From positions 1 through 32,368 of IMG/VR virus record IMGVR_UViG_3300020045_009519: 32,368 nt of DNA. One strand, 5' to 3'. A program made the position numbers and the translations under genes. Positions 1-6,915 of the stretch are shown here, one piece after another (the stretch's first letter is position 1; each line of letters starts with the position of its first letter). The notes beneath the pieces were generated by a model. The model did not search any database. It was not told the DNA's origin and saw only the letters and a program-made list of their open reading frames with translations. The stretch is from a virus. Lineage: Duplodnaviria; Caudoviricetes.

Positions 1-222
1 ACGTCGTACCTTATTGGCCGAAAGCGGAGGTTCATGCTTCAGTTAAAGATGGTCGTGTGAATGTAGCACCTTCTTGAACGTAAACAGAACCTGATACTTC
101 TGTTAAAGCTGGGGCTGTGAATGTAGCACCTTGACGAACGTAAACATAACCTGATTTTTGTAAAGCTGGGGCTGTGAATGTAGCACTTTGACGAACGTCA
201 ACATAACCTGATACTTCTGTTA
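1..222. repeat. Coding tandem repeat, 57/60-nt units (left part; 1-55 is a degenerate copy)
   Basis: Recurring aaagctggggctgtgaatgtagcac core; units encode 19-20 aa (TEV/QK)SG(Y/S)V(Y/D)V(RQ/QE)(G/S)ATFTAPAL on the minus strand. Confidence 0.95.
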
Positions 223-280
223 ATTCATTAAAATCATTTTGATTTTCAATTGTTACGATTAAATCTCCGTAATGTTTCAT
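86..280 (-). CDS. N-terminal part of tandem-repeat (solenoid-like) protein; continues across the circular junction into 32368-31784
   Basis: ATG at 280 with an upstream promoter box. The 195 nt to the junction keep frame with the open 585-nt frame at the right end. The TGA at 32-34 lies only in the noisy 1-55 segment. Confidence 0.85.
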
Positions 281-311
281 AATTTTATTGTTTAAATTGT
301 TATTTATTTTT

Positions 312-341
312 CAAAGATAATTTTTTATTTTTAATTACAAA
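312..341 (-). promoter_or_regulatory. Bacteroidota sigma-A-type promoter (leftward)
   Basis: Minus strand reads TTTG (341-338), 18 nt, TATCTTTG (319-312), matching the -33 TTTG / -7 TAnnTTTG consensus, upstream of ATG 280. Confidence 0.75.
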
Positions 342-365
342 ATAAATTTGCAATTTTTTTTTACT
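339..365. promoter_or_regulatory. Upstream element shared (inverted) with 5051-5089; candidate operator
   Basis: 347-365 tttgcaatttttttttact is the exact reverse complement of 5051-5069; 339-352 is the reverse complement of 5076-5089. Confidence 0.55.
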
Positions 366-758
366 TTAAAAAGGACATTCAAAATTGTCTCCATTAAAAC
401 GGTTGCCTTTACTGGCATTTGCACGGTTTGTTTTTATACACATATTCCAAATGTGATAACCGTGAATATTGCAACGCCTGTCGATAGTTGCATTTTGCCC
501 TCTTCTGCCTTTGGTTATTATGTAATTATTTTTATAACAGAAATTTCGGAACTCTTCAAGTGTTACAGAATTTTCTAAATTCCTTTTTCTTGAATTTATT
601 CTGAACTGATTGTAACGAACTGCAACTGGGTCGATTTGTTTTCTTTTACGCTGGTAGTGTTTATGACAAAGCCCGCCTAGTTTATAGACGGGTTTGTTTC
701 TGCATCCACACGCACAGCAATAAATTCCAGCTGATTTTTTATTTTCTGAAATAGTCAT
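366..758 (-). CDS. Cys-rich HNH-like endonuclease
   Basis: N-terminal CCACGC...CHKH zinc ligands; TIDRRCNIHGYHIWN...NRANASK resembles the phage IDR-x-DN-xx-GY-xxx-N...N-xx-K HNH signature. Confidence 0.6.
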   Translation of the reverse strand: MTISENKKSAGIYCCACGCRNKPVYKLGGLCHKHYQRKRKQIDPVAVRYNQFRINSRKRNLENSVTLEEFRNFCYKNNYIITKGRRGQNATIDRRCNIHGYHIWNMCIKTNRANASKGNRFNGDNFECPF

Positions 759-1120
759 TTATGATGTGAATATCCGTGAAAAGAAATTATTTCAATGGCA
801 TAAGTATTAATTTTTTCTTTTAATACTCCGTCTTTTTTGTATTGAACAACTTCATCTTCAATTTTATATTTTTCCTTTTCAGACTTAAAAGCCTTTTCTT
901 TTCCGTACAATTTAACCAAACATGCTAATAAAATTTTAGGGTCATTTTTTATCTGTTCAAGTGTTCCTGAAGCAACTATTTTTCTAGCAAAAAGAAATTC
1001 TTTTTTGACACGTTTCGCAGCACCAGTATATGTATATTTCGCCAAAACTAAATTCGTTAGAAATATTGGTGCGCCTCTGTGACCTTGCTGCATCGTTGCA
1101 TTTAAATAAATATCATTCAT
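755..1120 (-). CDS. Hypothetical phage protein
   Basis: ORF track 755..1129; first ATG is at 1120; ATGA-coupled to the next gene. Confidence 0.7.
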   Translation of the reverse strand: MNDIYLNATMQQGHRGAPIFLTNLVLAKYTYTGAAKRVKKEFLFARKIVASGTLEQIKNDPKILLACLVKLYGKEKAFKSEKEKYKIEDEVVQYKKDGVLKEKINTYAIEIISFHGYSHHK

Positions 1121-1265
1121 GGTTAACAATTATTACAATTGGAAATTTATCTGTAGTATTTGCTTCGATATAAATTCCGCTTTTGGTTTCTGTAACTTTA
1201 ACTATCTTCATACTTTTAAAAGCACGTCTTGCAATTTCCAGTTCTTTTTTGGTTGCCTTGCTCAT
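1113..1265 (-). CDS. Small hypothetical protein (50 aa, absent from ORF track)
   Basis: ATG 1265 to TGA 1115-1113: MSKATKKELEIARRAFKSMKIVKVTETKSGIYIEANTTDKFPIVIIVNHE. It fills the gap between neighbours with tight coupling. Confidence 0.7.
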   Translation of the reverse strand: MSKATKKELEIARRAFKSMKIVKVTETKSGIYIEANTTDKFPIVIIVNHE

Positions 1266-1267
1266 AA

Positions 1268-2062
1268 TTATCGAATTATAATTTTGTCTTTGTTAATCGG
1301 TTCTTCTAAACGCATAGCTTTGAAAACATTTATTAATGCAACTACATCCTTTTCACAGTATAAAGCAATTCTGTCTATATCTCCAGCATGAAATGCAGCT
1401 GAAACTTTCGATCCGTCAAGGTCATCTTTAGGAGTTTCAAGTCCAAACGCCATGCAAAGTGCTGGAAGTCCAGCAGAATTAAAACCGCCTAATTTCCAAA
1501 TTTCTTGAGTGTCAAGGTTCAATTGTTCCCACGGTTTTAAATTACTTGAATCTAAACTTTTCGGAATCTTAATCCTGTTTATCAACATTCGTTTTCCTAA
1601 ATATGGAAAATCAAAACCTTTTCCATAATGGGCGCAAATTCTAGCATCTATAACCTGACCTTCAAATTTTTCTAAATCAGTTTTAAAATCATTCAATAAT
1701 TCGCCTTCGTTTAATCCTGTGTAAGAACGTAGGTAGAAATCTCCCTGATACATAAAACCAGCAGAAACACAAACTACACGGCTAAATTCTGCATGAAGTC
1801 CAGCCTCTGAATTCCAAAGGTCGGAATAATATTTTTCAAAAGCAATTTCTTTATTTTTGAAAAATTCATTATCAGGGTTGTAATTTTCATTTTCTGTAGT
1901 GATTTCTGAAATTGGTTTAGGTGCTTCAGGTCTGAATTTAAATTTGTAAATCCATTCTGTACGGACGTTTTTAGGAACATCTTTGAAGTGTTGCCAGTTC
2001 GGTGCTGTTTCAATATCTAAAAATAGAATCGTTTCTATTCTAATGTGATTGATTGATTTCAT
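1268..2062 (-). CDS. PolB-like 3'-5' exonuclease (DEDDy, DNA_pol_B_exo2-type)
   Basis: ExoI LFLDIET, ExoII HYGKGFDFPYL, ExoIII YCEKDV, plus the KPWE motif typical of this family. Confidence 0.88.
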   Translation of the reverse strand: MKSINHIRIETILFLDIETAPNWQHFKDVPKNVRTEWIYKFKFRPEAPKPISEITTENENYNPDNEFFKNKEIAFEKYYSDLWNSEAGLHAEFSRVVCVSAGFMYQGDFYLRSYTGLNEGELLNDFKTDLEKFEGQVIDARICAHYGKGFDFPYLGKRMLINRIKIPKSLDSSNLKPWEQLNLDTQEIWKLGGFNSAGLPALCMAFGLETPKDDLDGSKVSAAFHAGDIDRIALYCEKDVVALINVFKAMRLEEPINKDKIIIR

Positions 2063-2322
2063 ATTGAGTAATTTAAAAAATTAATTTTGTGTTTTTCTGC
2101 GAATTCTTTTAAATGTTTCGCTTCGTTTTTAATAGAAATTTTTCCTGTTGCTTGTGTTGTCACAACTATCGTTTCAAAAAAATGACTTTCTTTTTCAATT
2201 TCTTGTTTTAAAATATGTATCAATTTATTTCCAGCTTCAATTTCCTTTGCATTTCTCAAAAGTCTTACAAGTCTAGTTTTTCCAGTTCCTTGTTTTCCTG
2301 ATAATAAAATTAGTGTGTGCAT
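2059..2322 (-). CDS. Small P-loop protein
   Basis: LILLSGKQGTGKT Walker A at the N-terminus; only 87 aa. Confidence 0.6.
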   Translation of the reverse strand: MHTLILLSGKQGTGKTRLVRLLRNAKEIEAGNKLIHILKQEIEKESHFFETIVVTTQATGKISIKNEAKHLKEFAEKHKINFLNYSI

Positions 2323-2332
2323 ATCTTAAAAT

Positions 2333-2581
2333 TTAATCGTTAATACATCCTTCACAAGTATTTTCTCCGTCTTCACTTTCTTCTGACATTTCAGAAATTT
2401 CATACCACCAGCCGCAAGTCGTACAAAGAAAAATTTCTTGTTCTATTTCGTTAATTTGTTCAGGAAGCAAATCTTCTTCTTCAAATCCTTCGTTTTCACA
2501 AACTTCTCTTAAACTCTGACAGCTACCTTGTAGGCTGTTAATAATGTTTTGAATTTCTTCAGGTGTTACTATTCTACTCAT
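2333..2581 (-). CDS. Acidic zinc-ribbon protein
   Basis: CTTCGWW...CEGC cysteine pairs; ATGA-coupled. Confidence 0.65.
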   Translation of the reverse strand: MSRIVTPEEIQNIINSLQGSCQSLREVCENEGFEEEDLLPEQINEIEQEIFLCTTCGWWYEISEMSEESEDGENTCEGCIND

Positions 2582-2922
2582 GGTTTATTATTTAAAATTG
2601 TTAATTTTTCGATGTTTATTTTTAAAAGTTTCAAATACCAAACAGGTGCTTTGATATAAAATTTATTTTCTTCTGTTCTAGTAGTTATGTATTTGGCACT
2701 AAACCAAGCCGTATGCGACCAAACTATATCTGAATGTTTTATATAATAAGCTTTTATTGACAGGTTTTCTGTTTGGTGGTAAAATTGGGCTTGAAACTCA
2801 ATTTTGTCATTATCTTTATAAACTTGTTCAGGTTCACATTCACAAACCTCACAAGTTCCCTTGAAAATTTCAGCATCTTCAACCTCGATGCTTTTTAAAT
2901 AATCAGTTGTTTCTTGTATCAT
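2578..2922 (-). CDS. Hypothetical phage protein
   Basis: 114-aa ORF in operon; CEVCEC motif. Confidence 0.65.
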   Translation of the reverse strand: MIQETTDYLKSIEVEDAEIFKGTCEVCECEPEQVYKDNDKIEFQAQFYHQTENLSIKAYYIKHSDIVWSHTAWFSAKYITTRTEENKFYIKAPVWYLKLLKINIEKLTILNNKP

Positions 2923-2933
2923 ATAATTTGAAT

Positions 2934-4604
2934 TTAATTAATAAATATTTTTTCTTCACTATCGACTTCATTCAATTCCTGAAGTAATTCAAAATAACGT
3001 TCTTTGTCTATTTCGTCTATTTCAATTTGACTTTCAAAATATTCTAGTGCTTCGTATTGCTTCCAAACTGTGTCTGATTCGCTGTGATAATAATAATAAA
3101 ATTTTTCTTCAGTAACTTCAGGTTTTAATTTATACATCTTTTCCATTCTCTCAACCCAAAGTTCAGGATGTTTGTATTCTTTGAATTTAGCATAATCAAT
3201 AAGAGTTAATTTAGGATTCAATGCTATTTGTCTGATAATCCATCCCTGTTTATATCCTTTTACTTCACGAACTTTTTCAAGCTGTTCAAGGTCAAGGTCT
3301 CCCCATGCTTTATTCACTAATTCAGGTGGTAATAAATTGTAATTTTCTACCTGAATAAATTCACTTTCTAAAAGCTTCTTTTCTTCTTTAGGGAAAACGA
3401 ATCCACAATATTTACATTTCGGGGCTGGTGCTGGAACTATGCAACCACAACCTTGAAAACCTCTCTCATCATACTTATCTTCAGGACATCCTTTGACTGG
3501 TGCAATTCCTTCAGCTGATTTAATTTTATGAGTTAAAGACCATTTTCTGTCCTGTTCCCAAAATCCTAATTTATAAACATTTCCGCCCATATCTAACAGA
3601 TTGAAATGTGTTTTTTGCAAATATCCTAGTTTGTTTTTGAATTCTTCAGGTGTAATTCTTGAACCACGCCCACCCATTTGCAGCCACAATGATAAAGATT
3701 TAGTTATTCTGTTTACAATTACAGTTTCAATAGTCCATTCATCAAAACCAGTAGTAGCTAAATCAACGTTACAAAGAACTTGAAAAGCCCCAGCCTTGAA
3801 AGCTGAAAATATATCTTTACGTTGTTTTTTAGGTGTTTTTCCGTCAACATGTACGGCAGAAATTCCAGCATCTAAAAAAAATTGTGTTACTTTCTTGCTA
3901 TGTTCTACATTTACATTGAAACAAATTGCTTTGGTATTTGGTGTTAATTTTTTGTATTTTTCTACTACTCCGTCATAAAGTTGTTTTTTGTCGAACATAT
4001 CAAACATCTGCTTGTTATCATATTCGTTTCCTACAACTTTAATTTTTGAAGTGTCAACTTTTGCCGAATAAGTTATGGCTGGAACTAAATAGCCCTGTTT
4101 AATTAAATCACTTATAGTTACGGTTTCTACAATATCGTCATAAATATCGCTCAATTGGGTCATTTTTCCAGTCCTTATAGGTGTGGCTGTTGCTCCTGTT
4201 ATGTAGTAACCAGCTTCTTTGTAAATTTTAACAACAGGGTCAAATGTTTGCTTGTGCGCTTCGTCTATTATAAGTAAATCAATTTCAGGAAAAACCCTTC
4301 TTTTTAATGTATTAACAGATGCTACGTAACACATAGCGTTTTTTCTCATAGTTCTGCCCGCTTTTATTATAGACGGATTCAAACCATAATCAATAAGTTT
4401 ATCTTTAGCTTGTTCTAATAACTCATCACGGTCAACAGCAATCATAACAACAGAGCCTTTTTTCACACTTTCTGAAGCCATGTCTGCAAAAGTTACCGTT
4501 TTACCTGAACCAGTAGGGGAACATAAAATTACACATTTTTTGTCCTGAATAAACCTGTTCTTAACTTGTTTTTTTAATTCTATTTGATACGGTCTTAATT
4601 TCAT
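2934..4604 (-). CDS. Superfamily 2 DEAD/DEAH-box helicase with C-terminal zinc finger
   Basis: Q motif LRPYQ, Walker A SPTGSGKT, DEAH, TAT, TTGFD, QMGGRGSR, then CP...CGC...CKYCG. Confidence 0.93.
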   Translation of the reverse strand: MKLRPYQIELKKQVKNRFIQDKKCVILCSPTGSGKTVTFADMASESVKKGSVVMIAVDRDELLEQAKDKLIDYGLNPSIIKAGRTMRKNAMCYVASVNTLKRRVFPEIDLLIIDEAHKQTFDPVVKIYKEAGYYITGATATPIRTGKMTQLSDIYDDIVETVTISDLIKQGYLVPAITYSAKVDTSKIKVVGNEYDNKQMFDMFDKKQLYDGVVEKYKKLTPNTKAICFNVNVEHSKKVTQFFLDAGISAVHVDGKTPKKQRKDIFSAFKAGAFQVLCNVDLATTGFDEWTIETVIVNRITKSLSLWLQMGGRGSRITPEEFKNKLGYLQKTHFNLLDMGGNVYKLGFWEQDRKWSLTHKIKSAEGIAPVKGCPEDKYDERGFQGCGCIVPAPAPKCKYCGFVFPKEEKKLLESEFIQVENYNLLPPELVNKAWGDLDLEQLEKVREVKGYKQGWIIRQIALNPKLTLIDYAKFKEYKHPELWVERMEKMYKLKPEVTEEKFYYYYHSESDTVWKQYEALEYFESQIEIDEIDKERYFELLQELNEVDSEEKIFIN

Positions 4605-4807
4605 TTTCTTCTAGTAAATAAAATGATTATAAAATATACTAAAAAAACCAAAAATGAAAAAGCACCTAGAAAAATACAACGCCAAAACATTTTATTTCTT
4701 TCTTTTCTGTAAACTGATTCATTTTTTATATACAAAGTTAATATGTATATAACACCAGCATTGAATCCTAGAACTAGCCATGCTAGCAAATAATAAAAGT
4801 ACTCCAT
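4601..4807 (-). CDS. Small membrane protein (2 TM)
   Basis: Two hydrophobic segments separated by a basic loop. Confidence 0.65.
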   Translation of the reverse strand: MEYFYYLLAWLVLGFNAGVIYILTLYIKNESVYRKERNKMFWRCIFLGAFSFLVFLVYFIIILFTRRK

Positions 4808-4809
4808 AA

Positions 4810-5016
4810 TTATTGATTCAATTTTATTAATTCAAGTTCAATTTCTTCTTTATTCATTCCTTCTTCTTTTTCAAGATAATCTATACAATATTGTAGTTTT
4901 TCAGAAGCTTGAACTTGAGACTTTGATTCATAGCCATTAACTAACACATTTCCCCATTGTTGAAGAATGCTTATAAGTTTTAAAATCTCTCTTAAATGAT
5001 ACTCTTTTTTATCCAT
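4810..5016 (-). CDS. Hypothetical protein, first gene of leftward early unit
   Basis: 68-aa ORF directly downstream of the promoter box at 5044-5051. Confidence 0.7.
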   Translation of the reverse strand: MDKKEYHLREILKLISILQQWGNVLVNGYESKSQVQASEKLQYCIDYLEKEEGMNKEEIELELIKLNQ

Positions 5017-5039
5017 GATATAAGTTGTTTAAATTTCAC

Positions 5040-5117
5040 TTTGCAAACATAGTAAAAAAAAATTGCAAAAAAAAATGCAAATTTATTTTTTTATTAAATA
5101 TTTTTGTTTTTACTTTG
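5040..5117. promoter_or_regulatory. Divergent promoter region
   Basis: Leftward -7 box TATGTTTG (minus, 5051-5044). Rightward candidates are TATTTTTG (5099-5106) or TTACTTTG (5110-5117). TTGCAA/ATGCAA motifs occur at 5041, 5063 and 5075. Confidence 0.65.
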
Positions 5118-5138
5118 CCATATCAAAATACAATAACA

Positions 5139-5375
5139 ATGGAATTGAAAAAATTAGTAACTCAAGTAAATAAAAATTTCGTTATCAGATACAGATTTGA
5201 TTCTGATAAAAAGACATCTTTGAAAGGTGCTTGAAAATATACCAGTTTATTAGAGAAAGCTAAAAATCCTGAAGATATGGCTTTAAAACATTTTAATAAA
5301 GCTTTGAATTCAACTGAATCAAAAATTAATATAAGATTAAGAGGCGGTTTATCCGTTACATTTGTTCAAAAATAA
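5139..5375 (+). pseudogene. 78-codon ORF interrupted by an in-frame TGA at 5232-5234 (nonsense mutation, readthrough or sequence error)
   Basis: MELKKLVTQVNKNFVIRYRFDSDKKTSLKGA*KYTSLLEKAKNPEDMALKHFNKALNSTESKINIRLRGGLSVTFVQK. The frame stays open for 46 codons past TGA and ends 21 nt before the next ATG. Confidence 0.7.
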
Positions 5376-5396
5376 ATAAATTTAAACTAAAATAAA

Positions 5397-5663
5397 ATGA
5401 CTAAGAAAGTAACATTAAAAGAAAAGAAATCAAAGCCTGTTTGTGATGCTTTAAAGAGAAGAATCCTAGAAGTAAAACCGAAACTACCGAATTCAGGAGT
5501 TACTTCATTAATGGTATTTTATTATCCTGAATTAGACACGGTAAAAAAACGCTCTTTAATGAGTAACGTTTTGCACTTGAGACAGACAGACGAAGACATT
5601 ACTGAAAAACTTGAAGCATTGGCTTTGAAATTAAACGAAAATAATACTAATACAAATATTTAA
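5397..5663 (+). CDS. Hypothetical protein, possible small DNA-binding regulator
   Basis: 88 aa and basic; RSLMSNVLHLRQTDEDITEKL loosely resembles a Cro/XRE-like recognition helix (weak inference). Confidence 0.6.
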   Translation: MTKKVTLKEKKSKPVCDALKRRILEVKPKLPNSGVTSLMVFYYPELDTVKKRSLMSNVLHLRQTDEDITEKLEALALKLNENNTNTNI

Positions 5664-5688
5664 CATTAATTAATTAAAAATTGAAATT

Positions 5689-6360
5689 ATGAGCAATGAT
5701 TTTTTACCTGTAGGGTACGAGGTACCAACTAGCGGCGGCGGTTACGCAAAATTAGAAACTGGAGAAAACAAATTCAGAATTCTTTCTTCTCCTTTAATGA
5801 CTTGGTTAGAATGGAGAGACGGAAAAACAAAACGCCATAGATTTGTTAACAAAGAAGAAACGCCAGCACCAGCTAAAGGAACTGGAGAAAAAGACAGCGT
5901 AAAACACGCTTGGGCTTTAATTGTTTGGAATTACAAAACTGAAAAGATAGAACTTTTAGAAATAGACAAACAAGGAGTTATTGCAGCTATTAAAGCATTG
6001 TCTGAAAAACCAGCATGGGGTCATCCTAAAAATTACGACATCGTAATTAGTAAAAAAGGTTCTGATTTAAAAACAGAATACATGACTACTCCTGAACCAC
6101 CTAGCCCAGTTTCAAGCCATATCGTTGAAGCTTATACTGAAAATCCAATTGACTTGAATCAATTAATGGTAGAGGGTGGAAATCCTTTTATTTCAAAAGA
6201 TGTTGCTGCAAATCCTGCAAATCTTAACGCTCAACCAGTATCTACTTCAGAAAAAGTTGTTACTCCTGAAAATTGGGTTGCTGGAGACAAAGTTCCAGCT
6301 GGTCATCAGGTAAATCCTGATACTGGTGCATTGGAAAAGAAAAAACTTCCATTCGATTAA
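5689..6360 (+). CDS. Putative single-stranded DNA-binding protein
   Basis: YAKLETGENKFRIL and YDIVISKKG...TEY motifs of gp32-like phage SSBs; flexible tail ending LPFD. Confidence 0.6.
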   Translation: MSNDFLPVGYEVPTSGGGYAKLETGENKFRILSSPLMTWLEWRDGKTKRHRFVNKEETPAPAKGTGEKDSVKHAWALIVWNYKTEKIELLEIDKQGVIAAIKALSEKPAWGHPKNYDIVISKKGSDLKTEYMTTPEPPSPVSSHIVEAYTENPIDLNQLMVEGGNPFISKDVAANPANLNAQPVSTSEKVVTPENWVAGDKVPAGHQVNPDTGALEKKKLPFD

Positions 6361-6372
6361 TAAATTAACCTT

Positions 6373-6407
6373 AAAAAGCTGTTGTTGTATTTCAGCAGCT
6401 TTTTTTT
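6373..6407 (+). terminator. Intrinsic terminator after SSB-like gene
   Basis: aaaaagctgttg-ttgtattt-cagcagcttttt hairpin (one G:U) ending in a T run. Confidence 0.75.
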
Positions 6408-6420
6408 AAATCATTAAATT

Positions 6421-6912
6421 ATGAGTGTTGTAAATTTAAAAATATCTCACGAAGTTGCAGCTAAATTGTGTATCAAAAAAGCTGAAGAAGCTAGAATAAA
6501 TAATGCACATTTGGTAAACGTTTTCACTTATTATTATTTGAGAACCATTCCAATTAAAACTATAAACCAATTCAAAACAAATCCTAATTCTGTTAAAAGT
6601 TCAAATATAGTTACTATAAAATCTGAAGTTTTGCCTTGTGATTTTTTGTATTTGAATAGAGAATTGCCAGTAAGTGACAAGCCTATAGTATTGAACAGAG
6701 AATTTGAAGAGAAAATTTTTCAATTAGTCATTTTAAAAGATGCTAAAATAAAAGAATATTCTGAAATTTTTGCTGAATGTCAAGAAGCTTTAATTGAATT
6801 AAGAACTTTCAAAAATGTTAAGGAAAAGTTTCCTGAAGCTTTTGAATTCTTGCCTACTGAAACAACAAAATCAAAAACTATTGATTTTGAATTATTAAGA
6901 ACTAAATTATAA
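6421..6912 (+). CDS. Nmad5-like (nucleotide-modification-associated) protein
   Basis: C-terminal ALIELRTFKNVKEKFPEAFEFLP matches my recollection of the Nmad5 LxxxxTxxxLxxxxPEAxxxLP pattern. Confidence 0.5.
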   Translation: MSVVNLKISHEVAAKLCIKKAEEARINNAHLVNVFTYYYLRTIPIKTINQFKTNPNSVKSSNIVTIKSEVLPCDFLYLNRELPVSDKPIVLNREFEEKIFQLVILKDAKIKEYSEIFAECQEALIELRTFKNVKEKFPEAFEFLPTETTKSKTIDFELLRTKL

Positions 6913-6915
6913 ATT

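Noticed and set aside
16-30. Ribozyme-like ggccgaaagcgg GNRA hairpin
   Set aside because: No hammerhead core (CUGAUGA/GAAA arrangement), and it lies in the probably erroneous first 55 nt.
32-34. Stop codon ending the 82-aa ORF 32..280
   Set aside because: It falls in the degenerate segment; the clean copy at the other end has a sense codon and the frame continues.
1-120. DGR template/variable repeat pair
   Set aside because: Mismatches affect all four bases rather than only adenines on one strand, and no reverse transcriptase is encoded.
5025-5138. N-terminal extension of ORF 5025..5234
   Set aside because: It runs through the divergent promoter and poly-A region from a TTG; ATG 5139 is the plausible start.
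5232-5234. Genome-wide TGA reassignment (genetic code 4 or 25)
   Set aside because: TGA terminates many genes in ATGA overlaps (e.g. 755, 2059, 2578, 4601, 9490, 12075), and long genes are intact in code 11.
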